DNA of 64,000 nt from Eubacteriales bacterium (GTDB lineage: Bacteria; Bacillota; Clostridia; Oscillospirales; CAG-272). Positions 9,216 to 19,544 of this stretch are shown here, one piece after another (position 1 is the first letter of the stretch; each line of letters begins with the position of its first letter). A model generated the notes under the pieces. It was not told the origin of the DNA. It did no database searches and worked only from the letters and a program-made list of their open reading frames with translations. The translations under genes and the position numbers were made by a program. The DNA is taken from NCBI GenBank assembly GCA_045638685.1, contig JAZUBT010000035.1, positions 1,788 through 65,787 of the forward strand, given 5' to 3'.

Positions 9216-9998
9216 ATGAATTCTTTGGAAATAAGGGGAAGCCAAAGAAAGGTTTTTGCCGAGGGCATGAGAGATGCCATTCCGATAGGACTCGGATACC
9301 TTGCCGTATCCTTTTCTCTCGGTATTATGGCAAAAAATTCGGGACTTTCCGCTTTGCAGTCCTTTATCGCGAGTCTCCTCTGTATCGCCTCTGCGGGTGA
9401 GTATGCGGGCTTTGTGCTGATAGCGGCGAAGGCGGCATACATTGAGGTTGCCGTTATGACGCTTGTCGTAAACGCGAGATATATGCTTATGAGCTGCGCT
9501 CTCAGTCAAAAATTCTCGCCGAGCGAAAAGCTTTCACATAGGTTTTTCAGCGGATATTTCGTAACGGACGAAATTTTCGGTATAACCATGGCAAGAGAGG
9601 GCTTTTTGAACCCGTATTACGTTTACGGGGCGGCGTTTACCGCGGTACCGCTCTGGTCGATCGGAACTGCGATAGGCGCTATTGCGGGAGCGTGGCTTCC
9701 CGTGAGCATCGTAAGTGCGCTCAGCGTTGCGCTTTACGGAATGTTTATTGCGATAATAATTCCGCCGGCGAGAAAAAATAAGATTATAGCAGGTATAATC
9801 ACCGTTTGCTTTGTTCTTAGCTATTTAACGAAATTTATCCCTGCCGCGTGGAAGCTTTCCGAGGGTACGGTTACCATAATACTTACCGTTTTCATTTCCG
9901 CCGTGGCGGCGGTGCTTTTTCCCCGAAAGGACGACGAAGAGGAAGTGTGTTCCGAACGAGAGATGGTATCTGAGGAGAAAGGGGGAGAGGCTAAATGA
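9216..9998 (+). CDS. azlC: AzlC family branched-chain amino acid transporter subunit
   Basis: G..DAIPIGLGY..VSFSLG, VNARY.LMS, TDEIF; hydrophobic. Confidence 0.9.
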   Translation: MNSLEIRGSQRKVFAEGMRDAIPIGLGYLAVSFSLGIMAKNSGLSALQSFIASLLCIASAGEYAGFVLIAAKAAYIEVAVMTLVVNARYMLMSCALSQKFSPSEKLSHRFFSGYFVTDEIFGITMAREGFLNPYYVYGAAFTAVPLWSIGTAIGAIAGAWLPVSIVSALSVALYGMFIAIIIPPARKNKIIAGIITVCFVLSYLTKFIPAAWKLSEGTVTIILTVFISAVAAVLFPRKDDEEEVCSEREMVSEEKGGEAK

Positions 9999-10315
9999 AA
10001 AACAATATATTTGTCTATATCCTGATTATGGCGGGAGTTACATACCTTGTAAGAGTACTGCCTATCACCCTTATACGAAAGCAGATTAAAAACCGTTTTG
10101 TAAAATCCTTCCTTTATTACGTTCCGTACGTAACCCTTGCCGTTATGACGTTCCCCGCGATACTGAACGTTACACAGTCTCCGATTTCGGGAGCGATAGC
10201 TCTTGCGGTCGGAATAGCTCTCGCGTGGTTCGGCGCAAGTCTTTTCAAGGTTGCGGTTGCCTCTTGCTCGGTTGTGTTTATTTCAGAGCTGATAATGACG
10301 TATTTGATTAAGTAA
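9995..10315 (+). CDS. azlD: AzlD family transporter subunit
   Basis: MAGVTYLVRVLP, FLYYVPY..LA.MTFP; overlaps azlC. Confidence 0.88.
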   Translation: MKNNIFVYILIMAGVTYLVRVLPITLIRKQIKNRFVKSFLYYVPYVTLAVMTFPAILNVTQSPISGAIALAVGIALAWFGASLFKVAVASCSVVFISELIMTYLIK

Positions 10316-10342
10316 AAAACCTTCCCACGGGGAAGGTTTTTT
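10314..10342. terminator. Bidirectional intrinsic terminator between azlD and clpC
   Basis: AAAAAACCTTCCC-acg-GGGAAGGTTTTTT. Confidence 0.85.
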
Positions 10343-10347
10343 GCTTT

Positions 10348-12813
10348 TTATTCGCTTTTTTCTTTATTCCATACAAGACCGTTTTCATCTGCGGAAACGG
10401 TTACCGTATCGCCCTTTGCAAATTTTCCCTCAAGCATCGCCGTGGCAAAGCCGTCCTCTACCTTATGAACTATTGTACGGCGGAGAGGCCTTGCTCCGTA
10501 AACCCTGTCGGTTCCTTCCCTTGCGAGGTAGTCCATAGCCTTTTCGTCAAAGCGTATGTTAACCCCTATCGCCGCTATACGCTTTACAACAGATTTAATC
10601 ATATTATCGGCAATACGGCGTATATCCGCGTCGGAAAGCTTATCAAAGACTATAATCTCGTCAATTCGGTTAAGGAATTCGGGACGGAACGCTTCTTTAA
10701 GAGCGGACATTACGCGTTCTCTTGTAGCCGCCTTCTCGTCTGCGGGCGCGTTTGAAACGGTAAAGCCGAGCGTTTTTCCCGAGGTAGTTATTTCTCTTGC
10801 GCCAAGGTTCGAGGTCATAATGATAACCGCGTTTTTAAAGTCAACACGCCTACCCTGAGAGTCGGTTAAAATACCGTCGTCAAGTATCTGGAGCATAAGA
10901 TTAAAGACGTCGGGGTGCGCTTTTTCGATTTCGTCGAAAAGAACTACCGAATAAGGCTTACGGCGTATCTTCTCGGTAAGCTGACCGCCCTCATCGTATC
11001 CGATATAACCGGGAGGGGAGCCTATCATTTTGGATACGCTCGCCTTTTCCATATACTCCGACATATCTACCCTTATCATTGCGTTTTCGTCTCCGAAAAG
11101 GATTTCGGCAAGAGCCTTCGAAAGCTCGGTTTTACCGACACCCGTCGGCCCGAGGAATATAAACGAGCCTGTCGGACGGCTCGGGTCCTTAAGTCCTATT
11201 CTTGAACGTCTTATCGCGTTTGCGACGGATACTACCGCCTCGTCCTGACCGATAACTCTTTCGTGAAGCAGCTTTTCAAGGCTAAGGAGCCTGCTTTCCT
11301 CCTCCTCGGCAAGCTTTTTGACCGGTATGCCCGTCCACTGAGTAACTATTTCCTCTATGTCTGATGCGGTAACCGCATCGCTTTCCGGAGTTTTGTTTTT
11401 CTCCCATTCCGTTTTCTTGGCGTTGTACTCGTCATTAAGCTTCGTTTCCTCGTCGCGTATCCTTGCGGCCTTTTCGAAATCCTGGTCAACTATCGCGTCG
11501 CGCTTTTCGTCGGCAAGCTTTTTAAGCTGCGCTTCAAGAGCTTTGACGTCTTCGGGAACCGAAAGAGTGCCTATACGCTTTCTCGAAGCCGCCTCGTCGA
11601 TAAGGTCTATCGCTTTATCGGGCAGATAGCGGTCGCCTATATAACGTCTTGAAAGATTTACTGCCGCCGTAACGGCTCCGTCGGAGATTTTAAGCTTATG
11701 ATGCTCCTCGTATCTTGGGCGCAGTCCCATTAAAATCTTTACCGCGTCCTCGGGGGAGGGTTCTCCAACGCTGACCGACTGGAAGCGTCGCTCGAGCGCG
11801 GCGTCCTTTTCAATATATTTACGGTATTCCGATACCGTGGTGGCGCCTATTACCTGAAATTCACCCCTTGAAAGCGCGGGCTTTATAATGTTGGCGGCAT
11901 CCATGCTGCCCTCCGAGGTTGCCCCCGCGCCGACTATGGTGTGAATTTCGTCTATGAAAAGAATTACTCCGCGGTTACCTTTAACCTCGTTCATAACCCC
12001 TTTCAGGCGCTCCTCGAACTCACCCCTGTACTTTGTTCCCGCAAGCATACCCGAAACGTCAAGGCTTACTATTATTTTCCCCTTAAGATTTTCGGGCACG
12101 TCTCCATTGACTATTTTCTGCGCAAGTCCTTCCACAACGGCTGTTTTACCGACACCCGCCTCGCCTATAAGACAAGGATTGTTCTTTGTACGTCTTGACA
12201 GAATCTGTATAAGGCGTTCGCTTTCGCTGTCGCGTCCTATAACGGGATCAAGCTTTCCTTCCTTTGCCATTCTGGTAAGATCCTTGCCGTATTTTTTAAG
12301 ATTTGCCATTCCTCTGAAAGATTGAGAGCCGAGATTTTCCTCGCGGACGTCGTCTGTTTCTCCGCTATCCTCGCTGTCGGCACTCATTAAGGCAAGAAGA
12401 TCCTTTCCAAGCTCGGAAATATCAACTCCCTCCGCAGAGAGCAGCTTTACCGCAACGCAGTCGGAAAGAGAGAGGAGCGATATAAGAAGATGCTCCGTTC
12501 CGATAGCCTCGCTTCCGCGTTTTGTTGCCTCGTAAGCTGAGGCTTGTATGATTTTATTCATTTTTTCGGTTATGTTTCTCGGCGTGGGAGAGGTTGGCGT
12601 GCCGGAGCCCATGTGATTTTTAACCGATTCGTACATGGCCTCGTAGTCTATTCCGTGTTTGTCGAGAAGCTCCGTTGCCGCGCACTCCTGAACGCTTAAT
12701 ATACCGAGCAAAAGATGCTCTGAGCCGACGTCGGTATGACCGAGCTTTCCGGCTTCGCCGAGAGAGGCGTTAAGAGCCGCTTCCGCGTATTTTGTAAATT
12801 TACTGTTTGACAT
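10348..12813 (-). CDS. clpC: ATP-dependent Clp protease ATPase ClpC
   Basis: Clp-N repeats, [17 protein letters not shown] coil, [17 protein letters not shown]; start ATG 12813 with GGAG RBS. Confidence 0.96.
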   Translation of the reverse strand: MSNSKFTKYAEAALNASLGEAGKLGHTDVGSEHLLLGILSVQECAATELLDKHGIDYEAMYESVKNHMGSGTPTSPTPRNITEKMNKIIQASAYEATKRGSEAIGTEHLLISLLSLSDCVAVKLLSAEGVDISELGKDLLALMSADSEDSGETDDVREENLGSQSFRGMANLKKYGKDLTRMAKEGKLDPVIGRDSESERLIQILSRRTKNNPCLIGEAGVGKTAVVEGLAQKIVNGDVPENLKGKIIVSLDVSGMLAGTKYRGEFEERLKGVMNEVKGNRGVILFIDEIHTIVGAGATSEGSMDAANIIKPALSRGEFQVIGATTVSEYRKYIEKDAALERRFQSVSVGEPSPEDAVKILMGLRPRYEEHHKLKISDGAVTAAVNLSRRYIGDRYLPDKAIDLIDEAASRKRIGTLSVPEDVKALEAQLKKLADEKRDAIVDQDFEKAARIRDEETKLNDEYNAKKTEWEKNKTPESDAVTASDIEEIVTQWTGIPVKKLAEEEESRLLSLEKLLHERVIGQDEAVVSVANAIRRSRIGLKDPSRPTGSFIFLGPTGVGKTELSKALAEILFGDENAMIRVDMSEYMEKASVSKMIGSPPGYIGYDEGGQLTEKIRRKPYSVVLFDEIEKAHPDVFNLMLQILDDGILTDSQGRRVDFKNAVIIMTSNLGAREITTSGKTLGFTVSNAPADEKAATRERVMSALKEAFRPEFLNRIDEIIVFDKLSDADIRRIADNMIKSVVKRIAAIGVNIRFDEKAMDYLAREGTDRVYGARPLRRTIVHKVEDGFATAMLEGKFAKGDTVTVSADENGLVWNKEKSE

Positions 12814-13003
12814 TTTAATCTCCATTCCGCTATCCAAAGGATAGCTGATAGCATATTTAAGCGAGTTTTCCGTTTTTTGCATCGCGAAACAAAACGCTGC
12901 TTAGCCTTTTAGGAAAACTCAGACGTGAAAAGCTTTTTGTTAGCACTTGCCGAGCCTCCACGCCACACCCGTTCGTTAATAAACAGGCAGAAAAGATAAT
13001 GTT

Positions 13004-14023
13004 TTATCCGTGATTTACTTTTACGGTAGAAAGAGTATCCCGTACAAGTCTTGCTCTTGCCACGTCTCTTGCTGTATCGTCGTCAAGCCCTTCCTTGGTC
13101 ATAGAGATAGTAGCAGGCTGTACCGCAACAAGCAGCTCGCTCATTTTTTCATCGGTTATACCCGAAAGCAGTCCGATGCAAAGACCGAGCTTTATATCAG
13201 CAAAGCCGCTGTTAAACTCTGAGGAGGAGAGAACGTGAGCGCTTTTTAACAGACCGACGCTTCTTGCAATTTTATCGGTAAGCGCGGTTCTTTTAAGCTC
13301 GAAAATACCGTTTCTCGCCCCCCGCTCTGCCTCGACAAGCTTTTTAACGACGTCGGTTATAAGCTTTAAAATCTCCGTCTCGTCTATACCGAGAGAGGTG
13401 CGGTTTGAAATTTGATATATGCACCCCGCCGCCGAGCTTCCTTCCCCGTAAAGCCCACGAATGGTAATTCCCATTTTGCTTAAAGCTTGCTCATAAGAGG
13501 AAATTAAGTTTTTCAGCGTAAGCGCGGGCAGGCAAAGCATAGCGGAAACCCTCATAGCGCCGCCGAGATTTGTCGGACAGGCGGTAAGGTACCCGTATTT
13601 ATCGCTGTAAGCAATTTTGAGCTCTCCGCATATACGGTCGTCAGCCTTACTCGCGTTTTCATAGGCTTTTTTGGGAGCAAAGCCCGCGACTATGCTCTGT
13701 ATTCTTAAATGGTCCTCCTCGCAGACCATAATTTTAACCTTGTCGTTTCCGCCGCTGAGAAGCGCTCTTGTCTTGTCGGAGGAGGCAAATTCGGGGCTTA
13801 CGAAATGCATCTCCATATAAGAGCGGAGTCTATCCTTTTCCGATGAGGTGAAGCGCTCGCAGCCGTAGTCGCTAAGTGTTCCCGATACGGCGTCTATTAC
13901 ATCGGCTCTGCCCTTTTCGTCAAGTCTTGCGGGGAAGGGATAGTCCGAGAGGTTTCTTGCAAAACGAACTCTCGTTGATATAACGACGTCCTGCATATCT
14001 CCGGTTTCCGTGTACCAAGCCAT
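13004..14023 (-). CDS. mcsB: Protein arginine kinase McsB
   Basis: STRVRFARN, EEDHLRIQ, GYLTACPTNLG, RGLYGEGS; operon context. Confidence 0.93.
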   Translation of the reverse strand: MAWYTETGDMQDVVISTRVRFARNLSDYPFPARLDEKGRADVIDAVSGTLSDYGCERFTSSEKDRLRSYMEMHFVSPEFASSDKTRALLSGGNDKVKIMVCEEDHLRIQSIVAGFAPKKAYENASKADDRICGELKIAYSDKYGYLTACPTNLGGAMRVSAMLCLPALTLKNLISSYEQALSKMGITIRGLYGEGSSAAGCIYQISNRTSLGIDETEILKLITDVVKKLVEAERGARNGIFELKRTALTDKIARSVGLLKSAHVLSSSEFNSGFADIKLGLCIGLLSGITDEKMSELLVAVQPATISMTKEGLDDDTARDVARARLVRDTLSTVKVNHG

Positions 14024-14024
14024 A

Positions 14025-14522
14025 TCACTTATCCTCCTTCTTCTCAATAGCCTTTATTTTGTCCCTGATTTCGGCTGCTTTTTCATAATTTTCGGAAAGC
14101 ACAGCTTCCTCCTGCTCTTTTTTAAGAGCCTCTATTTCGTCTCGTTTGGTAAGCTCCTCAACGTGCTTTCCGGGTGCGGAGCCTGAATGCGTGGTATGAC
14201 CGTGAATTCCGTAAATGATTTTTGAAAGCTCCTCGGAGAAAACGTTATAACATTCCGCGCAGCCCGCACGTCCCGTTTTGGCAAGCTCACGTTTTGTTGA
14301 CTTACAGAGAGGACAAATCTTTTTCTCCGCTATTCCCGTGCCGCCAAGTATGCTGTCGCTGAAAAATCCCGAGAAGAGACTGTCGGCGCCACCGCTGAAA
14401 AACGTGCCGAGGTTTTCCTTTTCTGCGCATTCCGAGCAGAGCATACGCTCGCTTACTTCTCCGTTAATTACCTGCTTTATATGAACCGTCGCGCTGTTTT
14501 TATGGCATTTCTGACACAGCAT
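14025..14522 (-). CDS. mcsA: McsA activator (CxxC motifs + UVR domain)
   Basis: CQKC, CSEC, CPLC, CAEC; ENYEKAAEIRDKI. Confidence 0.92.
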   Translation of the reverse strand: MLCQKCHKNSATVHIKQVINGEVSERMLCSECAEKENLGTFFSGGADSLFSGFFSDSILGGTGIAEKKICPLCKSTKRELAKTGRAGCAECYNVFSEELSKIIYGIHGHTTHSGSAPGKHVEELTKRDEIEALKKEQEEAVLSENYEKAAEIRDKIKAIEKKEDK

Positions 14523-14534
14523 ATTTTCTTCCTC

Positions 14535-14957
14535 CTATATTATTGATAAAATTATTTTCTTGATAAGCGATGCCCGTACCGTGTCGCTTACCGCGTAGGC
14601 GTTTGCAATATTAATTATATTTGCTTCGCGCGGAGTTATGATGCCGCGCTCTGCGAGGTCAATTATAAATATGCTTCCGCTTTTTTCGTCAAGAGTATCA
14701 CCTATGGTGTAAAAAAGGTGCATAAGATATTCGTCCTTATGCATAAGCTTCTTGGTTATTCGAACGTAACCGCCACCACCGCGCCTGCTTTCTATAATAT
14801 AACCCCTTTCGGGTGTAAAGCGTGAGGTTATGACGTAGTTTATCTGACTTGGAACGCAGCCTATTTGCTCGGCAAGCTCATTTCGTTTAAGCTCAAGGCT
14901 TCCGCCCTCCTCCTCAAGCATCTCGGTCAGCATTTTTTCAATTATATCACTAAGCAT
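14535..14957 (-). CDS. ctsR: Class III stress gene repressor CtsR
   Basis: LSDIIE, CVPSQINYVITSRFT..RGY.IESRRGGGGYVRI; start ATG 14957. Confidence 0.95.
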   Translation of the reverse strand: MLSDIIEKMLTEMLEEEGGSLELKRNELAEQIGCVPSQINYVITSRFTPERGYIIESRRGGGGYVRITKKLMHKDEYLMHLFYTIGDTLDEKSGSIFIIDLAERGIITPREANIINIANAYAVSDTVRASLIKKIILSII

Positions 14958-15092
14958 TTTTCTACCGTTCCTTTCCTTGACTTTAACCGTTTTATGCAGC
15001 TGTGCTTTGAGTGAAAAAACACGCCGCGCATCTCTCGGGAAATCCCATAGTGTAAGTCGTCTTTTTTGTCGCATTCTTCTTTTTACGGTTTA

Positions 15093-15138
15093 ATTGTAGC
15101 ACAAAAGTCAAAGAAAGTCAAAGTCAAAGAAAGTCAAA
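15093..15138 (-). promoter_or_regulatory. ctsR operon sigma-A promoter overlapped by two CtsR boxes
   Basis: Minus strand TTGACT (15116-15121)-17-TG n TACAAT (15093-15098); AGTCAAA-GAA-AGTCAAA at 15106-15122 and 15122-15138. Confidence 0.9.
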
Positions 15139-15260
15139 TGTGTTTTGTTGTTGCTTGTTTGAGAAATAAAACGCGGTTATATCTCGTTTTTTCTCATTTT
15201 TTCTCGCTTTTTTAGTTTTTTGTATTTTTTGAGATTTTTAGTCATTTGCGTAAAAACGTA

Positions 15261-15289
15261 TTGACAATTTTTTCGGTTTGTTTTATAAT
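15261..15289 (+). promoter_or_regulatory. Consensus sigma-A promoter
   Basis: TTGACA-17-TATAAT. Confidence 0.85.
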
Positions 15290-15356
15290 AAAATAAAATA
15301 CTGTATTACAAGGGTTTGATAAGGCTTTTCGTATTACAAAAAAGAAAGAAAAACGT

Positions 15357-15899
15357 ATGACAAGAAACGACTGTTCACTTGCTATGCCCGATACCTACGT
15401 TGTTTTTGACCTTGAAACAACGGGGCTTTCCCCGAAAAAGGCGGAAATAATAGAGATAGGCGCCGTAAGAGTAAAAAACGGAAAAATAACGGAGAAATTT
15501 CAAACCTACGTAAAGCCGTATGGGCGTATCCCGCCTATGATAACACAGCTTACGGGGATAACCGAGGAAATGACGGTAAACGCGCCTCGGATAGAGGACG
15601 CTCTTCCGATGTTTATCTCGTTTATAAAGGACGATATTTTATTCGCGCACAACTCCTCCTTTGATTGTCGCTTTATCGGTACTGCCTGTCTTATTCTCGG
15701 TTACGATCCGAAAAACGAAGTAAGAGACAGCCTTGCCTTAGCAAGAAAATACATAAATGCGGAAAATCATAAGCTTGAAACCTTAAAAAATTTTCTCGGT
15801 ATTAAAAGAAAATCACATAATGCCGTCGATGACTGCATTGTAACCTTTGAGGTTATAGAGGAATGCAGAAGAAAATCTATGCTTTTGGAAACAGAGTAA
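15357..15899 (+). CDS. DnaQ-like (DEDDh) 3'-5' exonuclease
   Basis: VFDLETTG, IIEIGAV, AHN..FD, H.A.DD. Confidence 0.9.
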   Translation: MTRNDCSLAMPDTYVVFDLETTGLSPKKAEIIEIGAVRVKNGKITEKFQTYVKPYGRIPPMITQLTGITEEMTVNAPRIEDALPMFISFIKDDILFAHNSSFDCRFIGTACLILGYDPKNEVRDSLALARKYINAENHKLETLKNFLGIKRKSHNAVDDCIVTFEVIEECRRKSMLLETE

Positions 15900-15900
15900 A

Positions 15901-17721
15901 ATGAAAAAGAATAAAAATACAGATAAGAATACTGAATACAAGACCGTTACAGATTACCTACGACCGTTCAAGCTTTACGTGGTACTCACCGTAACGGTTA
16001 AATTTATCGCTACCTTTGCCGAGCTTTTCCTGCCGTCCACCCTTTCGTATATGGTCGATACGCTTGCACCCGCAAAGGACGTTAAGAAAATGGTTATTTT
16101 CGGTCTTATAATGGTGCTGTGCTCACTCGTCGCGCTTATAGGAAATATAACGGCGAACAGAATGGCGGCGAAAACGGCGAGTAAGATAACGGAGAAGCTA
16201 AGACACGACGTATATGTAAAAACGCTGTCGCTTTCCTGCCAAAAGACCGATGAGTTTACCGTTCCGACGCTTATTTCAAGGCTCACAAGCGATACCTATA
16301 ACCTACATAATATGCTCAGAATGGTACAGCAGGGCGGTATAAGAGGTCCTATAATCGTAATAGGCGGCATAATTATCACCTCGTTTCTCGATAAGGCTTT
16401 AACGCTTATACTCGTCGCGCTTCTGCCTGTCGTTTTCACCATAATATTCTTTATATCAAGAAAGGGTGTAAGAATATACGGAGACGTCCAGAAAACCTCG
16501 GACGAAATGGTTTCCGTGCTTCGTGAAAATATGGAGGGGGTACGTGTAATAAAGGCGCTCTCCAAAACCGAATACGAAAGAGAGCGTTTTTCGGGTATAA
16601 ACGAAAGGATATATAGGTACGACAGAAAAGCGGGAATAACCACAGGTCTTTCGGGCCCTGTTATGAACGTCTTTTTAAATCTCGGCTTTTGCGCGGTTAT
16701 ACTTGCCGGTGCGTACAGAGTTAACGCCAGACACACAGAGCCGGGTGTTATTATCGCGTTTTTAAGCTATTTTACCCTTATACTTATGGCTATGATGATG
16801 ATAAACAGAATTTTTATGCTTATAAGTAAGGGGGTAGCCTCGGGAAAAAGACTTAACGAGGTGCTTAAAGCCCCGTCAGACGACGATTTTACCCCTGTTT
16901 CTGCTACGAGTGATTGCGTAGAAGCGAATGCCGGTTACGGCTCGCAAGAGCACTTCGAAGCCGAGAAAAGTCAGGAGAGCCATTATCCGTATCACGTTTC
17001 CTTTGAAAACGTTACCTTTTCCTATTTAAAGAAAAGAAATAACCTTGAAAACCTTTCCTTTAATCTTAAAAGGGGAGAGACGCTTGGAATTATCGGTTCA
17101 ACCGGCTCGGGTAAAACCACTATAATTAATCTGCTTCTCAGATTTTATAAAGCCGATAGCGGTGAGGTAAAAATAAACGGAAAAAATATTAACGAGATAC
17201 CGAGAGGGAAGCTTTATAAAATGTTCGGCTCGGCGCTGCAAACCGATTTTCTTATGTCGGATACCATAAAAGAAAATATACGCTTTGAAAGAGACATTTC
17301 CGACGAGGAGATAACCTACGCCGCAGTAAACGCTCTTGCCGACGGCTTTATAAAGGATAAGAGCGGAGGATACGAGCATCTTCTTGACGTAAAAGCGGCA
17401 AACCTCAGCGGTGGACAAAAGCAGCGACTTCTTATCGCAAGAGCCATTGCTGGAAAGCCGGATATACTGATACTTGACGACTCGTGCAGCGGACTTGACT
17501 ATAAGACCGACTCTCTTTTACGTCAGAATCTCGGTAGCGGCTACGCCGAATGCACGAAGGTTATTGTTGCTCAAAGAGCGAGCACCGTAATGAACGCCGA
17601 CCTTATAATTGTAATGGACGACGGTGAGGTCGTCGGTATAGGCAGACACGACGAGCTTATGGAGAAATGTGAGCTTTACCGCGAGACTGCGATAGCGCAG
17701 ATGGCGGCTGCGAAAGAATAA
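15901..17721 (+). CDS. ABC exporter half (TMD+NBD), degenerate-site subunit of a heterodimer
   Basis: GSTGSGKT, LSGGQKQR, Walker B LDDS (E to D), switch AQR (H to Q). Confidence 0.92.
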   Translation: MKKNKNTDKNTEYKTVTDYLRPFKLYVVLTVTVKFIATFAELFLPSTLSYMVDTLAPAKDVKKMVIFGLIMVLCSLVALIGNITANRMAAKTASKITEKLRHDVYVKTLSLSCQKTDEFTVPTLISRLTSDTYNLHNMLRMVQQGGIRGPIIVIGGIIITSFLDKALTLILVALLPVVFTIIFFISRKGVRIYGDVQKTSDEMVSVLRENMEGVRVIKALSKTEYERERFSGINERIYRYDRKAGITTGLSGPVMNVFLNLGFCAVILAGAYRVNARHTEPGVIIAFLSYFTLILMAMMMINRIFMLISKGVASGKRLNEVLKAPSDDDFTPVSATSDCVEANAGYGSQEHFEAEKSQESHYPYHVSFENVTFSYLKKRNNLENLSFNLKRGETLGIIGSTGSGKTTIINLLLRFYKADSGEVKINGKNINEIPRGKLYKMFGSALQTDFLMSDTIKENIRFERDISDEEITYAAVNALADGFIKDKSGGYEHLLDVKAANLSGGQKQRLLIARAIAGKPDILILDDSCSGLDYKTDSLLRQNLGSGYAECTKVIVAQRASTVMNADLIIVMDDGEVVGIGRHDELMEKCELYRETAIAQMAAAKE

Positions 17722-17741
17722 GTAAGAAAGGGGGACTTGAA

Positions 17742-19544
17742 ATGAACAGAGGGCATATGCTTCCCGAAAAAGGCGGCAGAGGTGCGTCGGCAGAAAAGCT
17801 CAGCTCCGAAAGAAAAAAGGCCGTTGTTTTCCGTCTATGGAAATATCTTAGCCAAATGCGCTTTCCTTTAATCATAATAGGTATAGTGGTTGTCGCGAGT
17901 AACCTTTTCGCTCTTATCGGGCCGAAGCTTTCCGAGCCTGCGATAAACGCCATAAAGCCCGGAGCGGTTGATTTTGATACCGTTTTCTACTACGTAAGCC
18001 TTATGGTTATCTTTTACGTTGCCTCTGCGCTCCTTTCGTTTTTGCAGTCCTTCCTTATGACAACGGTAAGTAAAAGAATTACCTTTAACATACGCCGCGA
18101 TCTGTTTGAAAAGCTCTCGCGCCTACCCGTAAAATTCTTTGACACGCATCAGTCCGGTGAGATTATAAGCACAATGTCCTATGACGTTGATACCGTAAGC
18201 GCCTCGCTTTCGGCAGACCTTATACAGATATGTACGGCGCTTATAACGGTTACGGGATCGTTTATTATGATGCTAACCATTTCGAGAATTCTCGTTTTGG
18301 TTTTTGTTGTAACGATACCGATGTCGATAATTTTCTCGCGTTACAGAGCTAAAAAGGGCAGACCGCTGTTCAGAGAGCGCTCTGGTAAGCTCGGAGCTAT
18401 GAACGGATTTGCCGAGGAATCCATAGGCGGCTTCAGAACAATAAAGGCGTACAATAAGGAAGCGGAGTTTACCGAGCGCTTTGACGTTAAAAACAACGCG
18501 GCGAGCGATGCGTACCACCGCTCAGACAGACATTCCTGCATAGCAGGGCCCTCGGTAAACTTTATAAATAATATTTCTCTTGCTCTTATCTCCTTTTTCG
18601 GAGCGCTTCTTTATCTTTACTATCCCGAAACGCTGACGCTCGGAGCAATATCCTCCTTCGTTCTTTATTCAAGGAAGTTTTCCGGTCCGATAAACGAAAT
18701 TACAAATATATATAGCGAAATCCAGTCTGCGCTTGCGGCGGGAGAACGCGTTTTCCGTCTTATGGATGAAAAGGAGGATACTCCTGATAAGGCGGACGCG
18801 ACGGGCGAGCCTATAACTCGCGGCGAGATTGAATTTCAGAACGTTAATTTCGGATATACCGAGGATAAGATTATTATCAAAAATTTCAACTTGAAGGTAA
18901 GTCCCGGAAGCGTTATAGCGATAGTAGGGCATACGGGTGCGGGTAAAACCACGATAGTCAACCTGCTTATGCGCTTTTACGACGTTAATGAGGGTAGAAT
19001 ACTTATCGACGGAATAGATGTGCGCGACAGAAAAAGAGACGAGATGCGAAAAGCGTTTACCATGGTTTTGCAGGACACGTGGCTCTTTAACGGAAGCGTA
19101 TATGACAACATAGCCTACGGTAGCGAAGACGTATCCGAGGAGGCGGTAAGGGCGGTTGCGGAAAGAGCGAAGATAAACGGCTTTATAGAAGCTCTGCCGA
19201 GCGGTTACCGTACCGAGATAACGGACAACGGAACCAATATTTCAAAGGGACAAAAGCAGCTGCTTACCATAGCCAGAGCAATGCTTCCCGAAAGCGTAAT
19301 ACTTATACTTGACGAAGCGACCTCTAACGTTGATACGAGAACGGAGGCTAAGATAAGCGAGGCGATGTGTAGGCTTATGGAGGGTAAGACCTGCTTCGTT
19401 ATCGCTCACAGGCTTTCTACTATACAGAACGCTGACGTGATACTCGTAATGAAGGACGGGCAGGTCGCGGAAAGCGGAAGACACGAGGAGCTCTTGAAAA
19501 GAAACGGCGTTTACGCCGAGCTTTATTACTCGCAGTACAAATAG
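17742..19544 (+). CDS. ABC exporter half (TMD+NBD), consensus-site subunit
   Basis: GHTGAGKT, ISKGQKQL, LDEATS, IAHRLST. Confidence 0.92.
   Translation: MNRGHMLPEKGGRGASAEKLSSERKKAVVFRLWKYLSQMRFPLIIIGIVVVASNLFALIGPKLSEPAINAIKPGAVDFDTVFYYVSLMVIFYVASALLSFLQSFLMTTVSKRITFNIRRDLFEKLSRLPVKFFDTHQSGEIISTMSYDVDTVSASLSADLIQICTALITVTGSFIMMLTISRILVLVFVVTIPMSIIFSRYRAKKGRPLFRERSGKLGAMNGFAEESIGGFRTIKAYNKEAEFTERFDVKNNAASDAYHRSDRHSCIAGPSVNFINNISLALISFFGALLYLYYPETLTLGAISSFVLYSRKFSGPINEITNIYSEIQSALAAGERVFRLMDEKEDTPDKADATGEPITRGEIEFQNVNFGYTEDKIIIKNFNLKVSPGSVIAIVGHTGAGKTTIVNLLMRFYDVNEGRILIDGIDVRDRKRDEMRKAFTMVLQDTWLFNGSVYDNIAYGSEDVSEEAVRAVAERAKINGFIEALPSGYRTEITDNGTNISKGQKQLLTIARAMLPESVILILDEATSNVDTRTEAKISEAMCRLMEGKTCFVIAHRLSTIQNADVILVMKDGQVAESGRHEELLKRNGVYAELYYSQYK

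Noticed and set aside
12940-12966. TTAGCACT resembling a CIRCE half-site upstream of clpC
   Set aside because: The second arm GAGTGCTAA is absent at the 9-nt spacing.
15901-17721. Degenerate Walker B (DD) and switch (Q) as a sign of a dead ABC protein
   Set aside because: This is the normal degenerate site of heterodimeric exporters; the partner supplies the consensus site.
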